A stretch of DNA of 64,000 nucleotides from Amoebidium appalachense (GCA_963693365.1 CAVNZM010000009.1:7098171-7162170); one strand, 5' to 3'. Counted from the stretch's first letter, positions 1 to 47,529 are shown. The notes: a model not told the origin generated them from the sequence alone. Translations and numbers: made by a program.

Positions 1-142
1 ATACGTGTTATATTTACGTCTGGTAACTAATATAAGATGAAGTAGATCTAAGGTAAACTTGTGAGCAAGCACATCGTCTCCTCTGATGATATCGGAACGA
101 TCCCAGCTCGAGCTCAGTGCAGTAGGTATATACACAAGTGAG

Positions 143-390
143 TGTACATGTGCCACATGTGCACTGCTCTTTAATTGTTCACGCATGAGCCACATGTGCA
201 CTGCTCTTTAGCTGTTATGTATGTAGTCACGGATGCTCTTCATGTGCACTGCTCTTTAGTTGTAGTCACGCATGTGCCACATGTGCACTGCTCTTCAGTT
301 GTAGTAGTCACGTGTACGCCTGAGCCACCACATGTACACTGCTCTTTAGTTGTTGTAGTCTTGCATGTGCCACATGCGCATTATGCAGGC
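143..390. repeat. Minisatellite, about 6 degenerate copies of a 36-45 bp unit
   Basis: Recurrent core cacatgtgcactgctctttagttgtagtc. Confidence 0.85.
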
Positions 391-431
391 TCATGAGTTG
401 GTCACTTAAGAGCAAGGACGGTACTACTGCA

Positions 432-989
432 CAGGATTTCCCGCATATGACTAAGTCCCCCTCATTCGACCAACACGTATTTACGTTCTTGAACTGATCA
501 ATCAACTCACTGCTTGTCAAATAAATTTGAAGGCAGTAATTTAAATGGGATCGCCGGTTGATGCAAACGGGGCTTCAATGCATCCAGCCACTATGCAGGT
601 CTTTGCATGCATTACCCGGGTTGAAGTTGACAATGCTTCAGGTATTTTACTTCCAAGCGCAGAAGCCGTCAGGGTTTCCCGCATATAGCTCAGTCCCCCT
701 CGTTACCACCGATTTCCCTTCTTGAACATTAATGAGCGCACTGCTTGTCAAATAAATTTGAAGGGAGTAAAGGGATTGCCGGTTGATGTCAACGGGGATT
801 CAATGCATCCAGCCACTGGTTCTGCATGCATTACCCGGGTTGGAGTTGAAAAATGCTTTAGGTGCTTTACTTCAAAGCGCAGAAGCCGAGTGCCACGCAC
901 CTCTCGTGCATGTTGTGGAGCCAAGGAAAGGAATCTGCCATAAAGTTGGAGCCGTGCAGCTCTCTGCAGGCAGACAAAATACATAAACG

Positions 990-1027
<38 letters not shown>
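432..1027 (+). repeat. Two diverged tandem units of about 220-240 bp followed by a poly(A) run; possible retroposon remnant
   Basis: 432-669 and 670-888 share blocks such as cactgcttgtcaaataaatttgaagg, ttcaatgcatccagccact, tgcatgcattacccgggttg and aagcgcagaagccg. An A-run lies at 990-1027. Confidence 0.6.
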
Positions 1028-1030
<3 letters not shown>

Positions 1031-1308
1031 CATAGATGTGTCAGTTAGCACGTTGATCGGCTTTACTGAGTCCCCTGCATATTTCTTCTGCCCCACCTTT
1101 ACATAGGCAAGCTTTCAGTTGCGCACACCGGAAAGTAGGTGCATTTACTATTCTTTTGCCACACGCAGTAGATTGTGGATATATGTTCTAAAACTTATTC
1201 TTATATAGCATACTTAGCAGACACTATTATTGCAAACATACCGTATCCCCCTAATAAAGCTAGTATTGGGACAAAAGGCGAGATGCAAAATCAACATACA
1301 CAGAGTGT

Positions 1309-20616
<19,308 letters not shown>

Positions 20617-22359
20617 TTTGCCGTGTGTGGGTTATCACGGTACAGATCTGTTCTGTGGAATCTGTCAGAGGAATAATGAGTATACAGGCCAACCAGAACC
20701 GAAAGCCCCCCCCCCCCCCCCCAAAAAAAAAAAAAAAAAAAAAAAGAAAAAAAAGGAATAAGATGAACAGGAAACAAACAAACACACACGCACACCCAAA
20801 CACGCACCATTTGAGACCGTAACGTACCAAAACCATGGCTCTTTTTTCTTTTCTTTTCTTTTCTTTTCTTTCTTTCTTTATTTCTTTTTTTTTTTTTTTT
20901 TTTTTTGGGGGGGGGGGGGGGGGGGAGATCTCCGTGTACAATTATGTGGGCTCTTCTGAATACAGCGGTGACTGTGTGTTCACGTGTGTACTCCTCTGCA
21001 ACCCAATAACACATGCTCCTTGCGTTTTGCGTTTTTGCTTGTGTGTGTGGTAGATTTATTCTGACCATGTGTGTGTGGTGGATGTGCATGTACAAGTAGT
21101 CTGTGCGCGCCCCCGCCAGTGTTTGCGTTTGTCTGTAACTGTATGCCTCGAACACGTGTGTCTGTGCGTGTGTGTATCTGTGCGGGTTAATAAAAGCGTA
21201 GTTATTAACGTGTCTTTTTGTGCGTGCATGCGTGAGTGTACATGGGCGCACTATAGTCGGCGAGAAGAGTGCGCCCATGTTGCAATGTTTGTGATAGCAC
21301 TCATCCTCGATATTGGTGCAACACTGGAGCTGGTGTAATTTCATACCACTGCCATAGGGACAGTAATCGTTACTCAAATCCACTATACACATAAAGCATG
21401 GTTTTCACCAGTTGTAAGTAGTGATGGTGGTGTATGCAAGTGGCACCAAACTGACCAGTGGCTTGGCACACAAGCAGACACTTGTCAGCTAGTAGAGCAA
21501 AAGTTGTTACAAGAGCCAAGGATGACGGAGGGTTGGGAGAACTCTTACAACCTAGTGTCGGTTGCTCGGAGAGTTAAAAGGCCGCATACTTTGGCAAACG
21601 TAAATCTTTGACACAAGGGATCTTCAAAACCACGAAAAAAAATTGAGGTGACCTTTGAAAAGAAAAAGAGAAGACAAAAAAAAGCTCTCATGACCTTTGG
21701 ATAACTTGATGGACAAATGATGTCGCAAACACCTATTTTGCGCAAAAGCTGCCGCGATATTGTTTTGAGTTGTTTCGATAGAGTCATGAGGCTTCTCGAC
21801 CCGGTTTGAGTCAAGTTGCGCCCAGCTCGATCCTGAGGATCGCCGGTTGAGGCTGTAAGCCCCAAAGTGATAACCCAGGCATGCCCTTGTCCCCCTATAT
21901 ATTGTAGCCAGAAAACATATATAAAAAAAAAAGAAAAAACCACGATTTTTTTTTTTGGATTGCTCGCTTCCGGGCTTTTTTGCCGACATGATTATGAGAG
22001 CTCAGAGCATACAGCATATGTACTGCAGCTGCTACTGGGGTAGTGATGACCCGGCCCGCCATAAATGCTCATCCCTCGATACTGTCGATATTCTCAAGGA
22101 TAACATTGTACATGTAAAGCACATCTGCTTTCACTTACACAAAGGAATGAAATATATCGTAGTTTATTTCTGAAGCCTTTTCGGGGTGATAGCCTACACT
22201 AGGTTTTGCTGTCCTGTCGGTATTTTCTGCCAAGGTGCTACTACAGGCTGGCTTTGCATGAAATTTGGGAGGTAACCCCGGGTCGACCCGACACTCTCTA
22301 CTAAGAAGACTTTTTTCAGGACCAGCTTCACCCATATATGGTTTTATCCGCTCATCTTT

Positions 22360-22430
22360 ACCCGACTCCTATTGGTTAATTTTTGATTCGGTTCGCCTTT
22401 TAGCCAATAGGTCAAGTCACGTGACCTCTG
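22360..22430. promoter_or_regulatory. Probable bidirectional promoter core between VPS35 and COX4
   Basis: Microsatellite-free intergenic stretch with opposed CCAAT boxes (attgg 22371-22375, ccaat 22404-22408) and the palindromic E-box GTCACGTGAC at 22416-22425. Confidence 0.55.
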
Positions 22431-23294
22431 GGTGTGGACCTTTCCATCCCCTTCTGCCGCACACCGGCGCCCGCCCACACCAACGACAAGGGAAGGCAGT
22501 TGTTTTTGTGAGACCCAGGTCGGTTTTTCGTTTTTTGTTTGTCTTACTCGGAGGAAACCCCCCGTTTTCGGGCGCAAAAAGCCATTTTTCTATAAGGTTG
22601 GACACTGGTTTTATGAACTCTAGCGGCATAGTATATAGTGTTTAGCTTTGAGCGCAAAAACGGTTTGAACACGAGTCGTTTTTTTCGTGCGGTGGTGCAA
22701 TGGGGAGTTAGCTTGGTCAGCCTTTTTTGTCGTGGCACCAATGAAAAAATGCACACACACACAGGACTATATAGAAAATAGGTGCTAGGCCCACGAGCAA
22801 GCTTCATTTCTAGGGCGGAGACGGGTGTGGTTGAGCCCTTTTGTACACTTTCTTTACATAGCACTGGTTGTCTTCCTGCTCACTCGCTGAGCTGATGGCT
22901 GATGTGGTCGAGGTGTTTATTTAATTTGAAGATGTGGGGCACACGTCTCGTGTTTACCATGAACACAGTATATGTTCCTTTACATAGTCTAACAGTTCTA
23001 GTGCTAAACAAGCATTTTCCTTAGCTCATACTAAGAATACTTGCAGAAACACACGTTGCATGCCCACCGCCTGAATATACCTACCTCAGTCGTTCTTGCA
23101 CATAAAATGGCCTGCGTATGCATACGTACGCTTGCTCACATTCGTAAATCTACAGGAACCTCACACACATAAAGTGCATACATCTGCCAACATATACACT
23201 CACATGGTCGACGTACACACAAAAACCTTTGCTCATAAAGTTACGTACAGGCACAATCGTGCACAGGCTCACAGGTTGTGTTTTGCAGGTCAAC

Positions 23295-26200
23295 ATGTCT
23301 CTCCTGCGCGTTCTGAATCGGGGGCCCGTGGCGGCTGCCAAGCTGGCCATGCCCCTGCGGGCTTCTGGGTCTTCTGCCTGGGCCCTGCACGACTTCAACA
23401 AGCCTCTGACCGAGGTCCCTCAGGTCGAGGTTGATGGCAAGAAGGCCGACCTCATCGTCCAGGTGCGTGTCTGTGTGTGTGTACGTGTACGTGTCTGTTT
23501 CTCTGTGTACGTTTGTGTGTGTGTGTGGGGAGGGGGGGTTGCATGTCGCGTCTGTATTACCTTGTGGATGCACACGCTGTTGATCTGGTGGACCTATGCA
23601 GTGTACGCACCCCACTACGCTGTTGATCTGGTGGACCTATGCAGTGTACGCATCCCCCTTTGTAGATTACTTGTTTGCCGAGCACGAAATGCGGAGAAAA
23701 CACTTGTTGCAGTCACCAACTGCACGGTCCTGGCACAAACAGGCACACCAGCACCAACCCGATGGGCACATGCACAAAGCATGCACTTGGACAAGCAAAG
23801 AGTCAGCATGTAAATTTTCCACACACTAATTTGTATTGCACACCAAGGCCGCGCCACACATAGCGGGTCATCCTGCTTTGAGTTACACTGAGAAAACCTC
23901 GTTTTCCCAATATACGTGTGTGTGCGCGAGGATGTTCGTGCATACACGCATGTAAGCATTTTGGCATACACAGCAGGCTGTGTTCTGCAACGTATTTGCC
24001 GGAAGGATGGTGTTATGGTCAAATTATTGCATGATTTTTGTTTGGTGGTGATTGCTGACGTGTTCGTGACAGTTAACATCAGTGTAACGATGAGGCTCCG
24101 TTGTGCACGGGTGGCAGTCAGGACACAGCAAAGACGTGATCTATTTTGAATAACATTTTTATGTTCTTTTTTTTTTTTCTTTGTTTGTTTGGGACAGGGT
24201 GCACATATTAAGGGTGATTTCTGCTCTGTTACTGATGCTGTTTTTTTAAAGAGAGGCGGGGGGGGGGGGGGGGGGGGGGGGGCAATATGTTCGAGGATGT
24301 GTACGATGAAATAAGCAGTGGAGGAATGGAAATTTGAAACCTGGGACAGCACTCTTATCAGTGCATGATATGATTTCCTACATCAGCAGCATATTCAACT
24401 TAACTGGTCTTCGCCTCCTGCACACACACACATCACCCCCCCCCCAAAAAAAAACCCTCTAACGCATACATCACCCCCCATCCCCCCGCCCCTATAAAAT
24501 AATAGTAATTATAATAATCATAATGGTGATAACAACAATCACAATAACTTCGTCCTGCATCTTACACAGGAGGGTACCACGATCAAGATCAACCCCGCGC
24601 TCAAGGGTAAGATCAGCCAGGAGTACGCCATCCGCCTTCGCCACCTGCTGCCCCCCGGTGTTCAGGATTACGACTATGCACGTGTCACGGGCATGCTCAT
24701 GTGGCCCACGGCCAGCCAGAGCCACCTGCTCAATCTCGAGAAGGGCGACTGGCACAAGCTGACCAAGGAGGAGAAGCTCGAGAGTACGTGTGTGTGTGCG
24801 TGTGTGTGTGTGTGTGCTAAGCGGGGGTGGGGGGGGGTGGGGGGTGTTTGTGGGCTTTTGCGGGTGTGAGTGAGGGGTGTGTGTGGAATACCGTGGAGAA
24901 GAGATTGTGTGTGGGTACGTGCGCGCATGTGTGTGGCGTAGATGCGGGAGGGTGTTTGACAGGCATAAGCTCACTGACTGGGGAGAAGCTGGAGAGTACG
25001 TGTGCAGCTTTTATCTTTTGGGGGGGGGGGGGGGGGGGTGAATCTATTATAGTGTTTTTTGTCTTTGTTGTTTTTTTTTGGTGGGAGGGGGGTTATGGCA
25101 TAAACGTATTTAACGAAAGAGGCGCGTACTTGTGTTTTCTTTTCTGATTTGGGTACCCCGTGGGCAGGGTGGGAGGGAGGGGGGTGGGTGTGGTATATGC
25201 CGAATGTATGCGTGAACAGGTGTGTGTGTGGGGGGGGGGGGGGGGAGTGGAATGTTTCAACGGGATTTAGTGTGGATTATGCATGGACTTTCGTGTCCTT
25301 GTTTTCTCCCGAGAGGAGGGGGGGATCTGCTGTAGTCATTTATGAGAGGGAGACAGACTTTAAGTGGGAAGTGACTGCATTCGATTTTTTTTTCTCCTTT
25401 TTGCATTACCCCAACCCCCCCACACACCCTTTGGTTTTTTTTTTTGCCTTTCGAGGGGGAGGGGGGGGGGGGGGGATATTAAGTCGTTGTGCACAATAGG
25501 CATCTCACTATTTCATGTTGTTTATCGTTTTGTAAAGCGTTGCAACAGGAAGGAAGGAGGAAATAGCAAGCACCTTTCCCAACTCATGAACACAAATCAA
25601 AATCAATAACTGCGTGCTGTTTGCTAACTGTGTTTCTTCTTTTGCAGTCTACCGGCTGTCTTTCCCCCAGACGCGCACGGAGACCAACCGGGTCAACATG
25701 GGTGACGTGCGCTTTGCCGTTGCCGGTACCCTGATCGGCCTGGCCCTCTCCTACTTCATCTGGAAGGGTATCACCAAGCTCATGAGTACGTGCTCCCACA
25801 ATCTCTTTCTATGTCTCTGTCTCTCTATCTCTCTCTCTCGTGTGGGTGGGTGAGGGTGGGGATGTGGGTGCGTGTGTATGGTATGAATGCTAAGGTTTCT
25901 AATGAATATGCGACTCCCGCGCACGTGTGCCGGTATGTTTACTTTCCTTTGGGAGGGGGGAGGGGTGGGGGGGTTGCTCCTGATGCATTAGACCTTTTTG
26001 TGTGTGTGCGTGGTGGTGGTGGGGGGGGGGGGGGGGGGGATAAGTGCATGTTTCCGCCCTCACAATTTTCTGGCTTTTCTGATTGCACGTTGACATGTTT
26101 CGGGTCTGGTTGCATGCACTCTGGATAGCAGCAACTGGCTTAAAGCACTAGGTTGGTCAGTTGACCTGTCTGGTCGTATGCTTTTCCATTTTTCGCACGT

Positions 26201-26481
26201 CTTTTTTTTGGGGGGGGGGGGGGGGGGGTACCCAATCTCTAATTATATTCGTTTGGGAGCCTTTTTCCTTTCTTTTCTCCTTCCCCTCTCTTCCCCCTAT
26301 TTTTTATTTTTTTTTCTTTGGGGGTAGGGGGTCTCTTCAAATTTGGATTTTCCTTATTTGCTGATCGAAATTTCATGATGCAGACCCCGCCTGGGAGCCA
26401 CCCCGCACGCTCACCAAGGAATGGATGGATGCCAGCGAGGAGAAGAGGGCGAAGTACAACATGGACCCCATCACCAACTAG
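23295..26481 (+). CDS. COX4: Cytochrome c oxidase subunit 4, mitochondrial precursor, 205 aa
   Basis: Exons 23295-23462, 24570-24783, 25648-25785, 26384-26481 (618 nt, GT-AG, phases fit). N-terminus resembles a mitochondrial presequence (MSLLRVLNRG). COX4 motifs LEKGDWHKLTKEEKLEIYRLSF, a single TM helix, and PPRTLTKEW..NMDPITN. Confidence 0.92.
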
Positions 26482-27062
26482 ATTGTGTAAATTTCGCGTT
26501 GGATCCCCCCTCTCCCTGGCCTGTGGCAATAAATATACCGCTGCGGCGCACACTGCTCGCGTGTCCCCGGTGGAGCGTTGCATGCGGACGAATTTCTCGT
26601 GTGAAATTTTGCTGACCATTTGCAACCCCCCCCCCCCCCCCCCCCCCCCTTCTTCCTCCTCCTGCTCCTCCTCTTTCCCCCCTCCCCCCTTCCCCCGGCA
26701 TGCGGAAAACAAGACGGTACCGGTGTTACAATAAATGTCGTGTTATCTCCATAGTATCATTCAAAGCTTTCTTTCTTGCAAAAAAAAGATGCCTTTGGAG
26801 AACGGTTCTAATCAAATACCTGCATCCTATTAGAGCCTGGCCTTAAAGTTTGTCGGGGACACACACGTGGCCATGCTTATGTATATGACTTGAACTTGTT
26901 TGGTCAGATTTGGTTAGATGTAAAAAGGATCGATGATCAGGTCAAAAGTACTCTTTTTAATATCCGTGCATGTGACACGTACTATGCATACGCATTCCCC
27001 CCCTCCCCCCCCCCCCCCCCCCCCCCCCCTTTAACCCCCGGCCTTTCCCACTGCCCTTGCCT

Positions 27063-27301
27063 GCATAAGCAACCCTGCTCGTCTCTGATCAAGACGGGTG
27101 ACCTACTCATGTACAAGTGAAACAGTATCTGAGTTGGGTTTCGTTAACGAGGGGAATAGGTCGAAACTCGGGTACTGTGGATGACGTGGGCCCCCCCTGA
27201 GGATGGGCTCTGCTTATTATGCATACTCTTTATGTATGGCTTGCATTCTGCATCGTGTTATCCGTTTGTTCTTGTGTACTTCGTACTTTTTGACGCATTC
27301 A

Positions 27302-27303
<2 letters not shown>
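27063..27303 (+). repeat. Family A, best-preserved full copy, followed directly by poly-C
   Basis: Reverse complement of the 4700 and 11709 copies. Its last 100 nt or so are nearly identical to the reverse complement of 38293-38390. Confidence 0.85.
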
Positions 27304-27336
<33 letters not shown>

Positions 27337-27574
27337 CCCTCCCGGAAAGCCCCCATAAATCCTAAACCTTGCACATTTCCAAAAGCACCCCCTATCTCCT
27401 CTTCAGGCTTCCGGATCTGGTGTCATGACTGTCCGTTTTTTTTAAAATTTCCCCGTTCAAATGCCACCACAGGCACACTTCTCCCCCCACCGTGACACAC
27501 ACACGCACACAACGCACACAGTTTCTTCTGGGGTCCTGGATCTCCACGTCTCTCAACCCCTTCCCCCCCCTCCT

Positions 27575-27695
27575 TCAATTCCACCCGCTACCGAACCCTC
27601 CCCCCCCCCCCTCCCCCCCTCAATTCCACCCGCTACCGAACCCTCCCCCCCCCCCTCCCCCCCCTCAATTAATATTCCACCCGCTACCGAACCCT
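27575..27695. repeat. Three copies of ttccacccgctaccgaaccct separated by C-tracts
   Basis: Direct observation. Confidence 0.8.
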
Positions 27696-27861
27696 GCATA
27701 CATCAGGTCCTGGTCTCATGATCATCACCCACCGTGGTCATTGCTCTGCCCCCTAATCTTTCCCCTTTCGAATTTTCAGATTTGGTCGGCCGCGGCATAT
27801 ACGTAACTAGTACGCGGGCGTCGGGTTAGGCGCAATGTGCACAGTGACGTCGCACCCCGGC

Positions 27862-27904
<43 letters not shown>

Positions 27905-27908
27905 TGTG

Positions 27909-27952
<44 letters not shown>

Positions 27953-28466
27953 TGGGTGGGTGTGTGTGTGTGTGTGTGCCGGTTTTTCCGACGATATGCA
28001 TGCAGTGCAACGTACGTACCCCCCCCTCCCCCCCCCCCCCCCCCCCCCCCCCCCCCGCGCCCGCGCCGGGCCCCCGGCCCCCGCCCTAATTAATATGCGT
28101 CTGAGCCCATAATTCCGCGGGGGCTGGCGCTCCCCTTTTTTTTACCCCGCGGCCTTCGATCCAGTTACTAAATAAAGCTAATCCGAAGTTAAATTAACAT
28201 CAATCCCAAGACACCCTCTGATGAATTAACTTTTTTCAAGTTACTTCCGGGGCCGCCTCCTAGGGCTACTTTTACTACCTGCTCTGTACATAGTCTGTGT
28301 GTGTGTTTGTGGACACGTTTGAACTCCGCCCGGGCCCCTCCCCTCCCACAGCTGTGTCCTAGCAGCTGCTAGTCACCCCCCAACCTCACCGGTCAGATCA
28401 GCACACACATGTGTACACGCACAGTCACGTGTACACGTGCACACACGCGCACACTGCACACACATT

Positions 28467-28515
<49 letters not shown>

Positions 28516-28522
28516 CACACAG

Positions 28523-28591
<69 letters not shown>

Positions 28592-28621
28592 CGCGCGCGC
28601 GCGCACACACACACACACAGG

Positions 28622-28679
<58 letters not shown>

Positions 28680-29322
28680 CACACACGCACACACACACGC
28701 AGCATACTATGTATCAGCTCTATGTATGTATGTGTTCGGTGGGTCCGGTATATATAATCGAGAAAATCCGGAACTGATCAATGGAAAGAGGTCGTGCTAA
28801 AAGAAAAACACACGATTTATTGCATGCGCAGTCTTAAAAATTTAATCGCGGCAGTACTGTATATAGATGAAATGGCCCGATCAGCAATGCCACATATGCA
28901 CCGATCACTTCCTGAGCACCACGTGCATGCACTAGGTGATTATACTAAGAAGACCCCGGGTGATGTGGAGATAAACCTTTTAGCACATGTAAAATATTTT
29001 AAAGTTATAAATGTACATGTTACAAGCTGCCAATAGTTCAAACTCTCTTCTTCGATAAACACAGTGAAATGTGTATCGTAATCATACATACTGAGTCACA
29101 GATATTATTATACTGCCTGGGTCAGTACCGTGTTGCCAGGCGTAACTGTAAGAGATAATAAATCCGAATGCAGACTTTCCCTTTAACCCACACCTAACTT
29201 AAAGGGCACCGGCAAGACGGCAAAACACAATATACCTTCTAAACGTTTGCGCCAGCCCCCCTCCCCCTCCCCTCTCTCCCCCCCCCCCCCCCCCCCCCCC
29301 CCCTCCCTGAATTCCCCATCTC

Positions 29323-29371
<49 letters not shown>

Positions 29372-29494
29372 AAAAAAAAAAAAAAAACCTCGATTAGTAC
29401 ATCAGCCGCAAAAAATATGCTCGGTTACAGTTAGGTGTAAAAGCACAGTCTAAAATCTAACGTTAAAACCTCCACCGAAGAAATCCACGCAAGG

Positions 29495-33671
<4,177 letters not shown>

Positions 33672-34607
33672 CTTCGCTTTGTGTTAGTACCGTGAAAAAG
33701 CTCTTAGACTGGGCGGATGTTCAAAGACCAAAAAATTTCGGAGGAGGTAAGAAGAATATGTATTTTTTTGGGTAAAAATTAGATGGTTCATAAGGCCTCT
33801 TCCCTCCCAATAAATTAAGAATAAAAATAAAAAAACAACAACAAGGCCTTCGAAAGGTACGCGAGGCTTAGTAGTACAACTTCAGCACTCCGCACCGGAT
33901 AATTTCGTCTGGTGCATAGCAGAGACTCGATTCAAGCCAACAAGTATGCAAGTGTGTTTCTAAATATGAAAAATAAAAATCAACAGGCCTAGGAACACAT
34001 GTGTTTTGGAGACCGTCTCAGGCACGGATAAGTGCACTTGAAGTGACAGATCTAGAGTGTTTCCGAGGTCGTCGGGTGGAATTACATTCAGATATAACTT
34101 TGCCTATATCTATTATCGCTAGCTAGCTATGCGTGCAACAAAACGACACAAACCAAATGTTAAATGGTTAAGAAATGGCGCTACATGCCAATAATCCTTC
34201 CCTCCTTTTTTTACTAGATTTGACGTGGCACGCTGCAGTACGTATACATCCCGGTACGCAGAAGTGATCATCACAAAGCTCGGCTCCCCAATTGCAAGCT
34301 ATGGCCAAGTTCACCAGGGTCACCAGCAACATATGTTTAATATTAGGACTACTATGCAGGGTTACACAACATAAGGGGAGGTCAAGCCATCCATCTATTA
34401 CCATCATTACACACACACCGTGGCACTGAGACAGACCCTTTGAACGTGGCTATGTACATATATATGTGTTGCTGCAAATCGATACATCCACACGGGGAAA
34501 AAAAGAAAAGAGATAAAAAGGAAAATTGCCCAAACGAAAATTAAAAAAGAAAGAAAAAGACGGGTATAGAAGGGGGGGGGGGGGGGGGGGGGGGGGAGGG
34601 GAGGGGG

Positions 34608-34642
<35 letters not shown>

Positions 34643-34881
34643 GGGGGAGGGGAAAGGGGTCAAACAGTACTAGTTCTAATATTAGGTGCACCTCTTCAAT
34701 GCAGTACAAAAGAAATCAAAAGCACAAAGTTGCAAACAATTAACATAAATAAAAAGCCAATCAAAGCAATGCTGAAGTAAAGCCAAAGCTTTGGGCACCT
34801 CTAACACTTAAAATTTCTTTAACAAAACACCTGTCCCCATTAAAACCACCACTAAGGCCAACTTCATGCACCTAAGCAACC

Positions 34882-44840
<9,959 letters not shown>

Positions 44841-45645
44841 CCTCGCGCACAAATCAGCTAAGTCGTTAACAAGAATAGATATTTCCTTTGGCACCCTACG
44901 TTTTGACAAAGGAAACAAGCTCTGCACCCCACTTTTTTTTCTTCTTTTTTCTCGTTGAGTTAGTTTCTTGTTCAAGAGTCGCTCTGGCCTCTCCGGCCCC
45001 GAGTTTTCAGAACTGAGCTCGTTTGAAATCTTGATGCCGGGGCGTGCCTGTCTGTGCGGTGGTGACACATGGGCCAATCGAAACCATCACAAATCATGAA
45101 TGTGAAATGGGCGATCACGTAACCGGAGCCTGATGATTTTTTCATCGACCTTTTTTTCCCCCCGTTTCCTCATTTCTTCCCTTAGCTTTTTTGCCAACGT
45201 GCTTATGTGTATCTGTGCGTGCACGTGTATGTATGAGCGCGTGTGTACATACATGCATAAGTATGCACACGCTTGTGCGAGTGCGGAACACATGTGTACT
45301 GAGCTTGTGTAGTAGTACTGGCGTGTGTGGGTACGTACTCAAATTGAATGCGTACCCTTGCCTTGTCACAGTGTGTGTGTGTTTCTTGGGGGGGCCCAGG
45401 GGTTGGGGTTATAAGCGAGTGCTTGTGTGTATGTGCGAGTATTTTTTTTTAGCGCTAAGTTGTGTGTTTGTTGCACGTGTGTGTATGTTTATTAAAGTAT
45501 GTCGTTCTAGCTAGATCAGCAGGGATGCGTTGTGTGTGTCCACAGTGGTCGTGCATGGTGTGTACACATGCCTGTGTACCAAGGCCTCCTGAGTGAGTGC
45601 TTATTTTGGAGGCCCGGGGTTGTGCACATGCATTTGTGAGTTTGC

Positions 45646-46115
<470 letters not shown>

Positions 46116-47016
46116 ATGGAGGGAGGGAGAAAAAGAAAGAGAGAGAGTGTGTGTGTGTGCGTGTGTTTGTATAGAGGTCTGGGGGGCCGGGTCGGGATGG
46201 GGGGCTATCATACCGTGAGTGTAGGGGGTCTGGGGCAGGGGGAGGTGTGTGTGTGGGGGGGGGGGGGGGGGGGGGGGGGGGAGGAGGAGGGGAGGGAAAG
46301 CGGGCTAGTGCGGTGGGAGGAAGCTTAAGGGTAAAAGAGACTGGAAAACTTGAAGCTCGATGGCCGGGGGGGAAGGGGGAGGGGGAGGGGGGGGGGGAGG
46401 AGGGGGAGGGGGTGAGGGGAGGGGGAGGGGGCAGGGGGAGGGGAGGGGGGGGGGGGGCACGGGGGGAGGCGTGGCGGGGCGGGGGGAGGGGAGGGGGGGG
46501 GGGGGGGGGGGGGGGAGAGAGAGAGAAGAGAGAAATGGAGAAGGCCCGTCGATTGGTTTTGTGGAAATCAGGTCGACCAACCCACGAATTATTGTTAGTT
46601 ATGAGAACATGTATGGTCAACGGATGGGCCGAACTCCAACGGTGCGCATAACATGAAGTAGAAGAAAGGACATTTCAAAGTTGAACCGGTGCATGTGGCT
46701 AGTGGTAGAGCTAGTCAGATAAAGCTTTAAACTTTACTTACTTCAGCTGTGTACCAGTAAAACAAATGCTACTCAGTCGCGGTATCAACCCAACCTGAAA
46801 CACGTGCATGCGCGTGCAAGCTAACCAACCCCCCCCCCCCTCCCCCCCCCCCAATCTCTCCCCTTCTTTCCTATTACGGCCCGGCCTCCAGAAGCTGTAC
46901 AAGTAAGTCCATTAGTAAAAATTAGTAGAACAGGCCTCATCACATTACATATTGGTATCCTGTCTTGCAAGCAAAGCTACATCCATGCATACCAAATGAC
47001 GCAAAATGTACCGAAT

Positions 47017-47084
<68 letters not shown>

Positions 47085-47529
47085 TGCGTGCGTGTGCGCC
47101 CGCGCGTATGTGTGTGTGTGAGTGCGCGCGCGCGCGCGTGTGCAACATGTACACCGGGGTATGTGTGTATAGTTCGACGTAACTGAGTTTCCCACAATTG
47201 TTTTTCTTTCACCAACTATGCATTAGGTATACAGGTCCAATATGTTTCTACCGTACGGGTTCAGTCTCATTCTGGATATAGGTATATCTGTAGTACAAAA
47301 GATTCGAGAATTCAGGTATTGTGATTTCTACTGCGTAGTATTACCTAAGGAGCCACCCTTATCACAGTATGTCAACGTAAACCAAGACCTTGTATAGAGC
47401 CAACGTTCTAAGAAACCAATTCCTGTGAAATCAATAACAAGGCCTTACTCAGGCGACATCAACATCCATCCACTCATACACTATACTTATGTGAACATAT
47501 GTCAACACAACTTATTATATAATATTATG

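Noticed and set aside
143-390. CRISPR-like regular repeat
   Set aside because: Spacers are short and mutually similar, there are no cas genes, and the context is eukaryotic; it is a minisatellite.
22043-22173. C/D snoRNA (GTGATGA..CTGA)
   Set aside because: No terminal stem or recognisable rRNA guide; such motifs arise by chance.
33864-33935. tRNA-derived Pol III element (A-box-like, hairpin, B-box-like)
   Set aside because: Both boxes are degenerate, there is no cloverleaf, and there is no second copy in the window.
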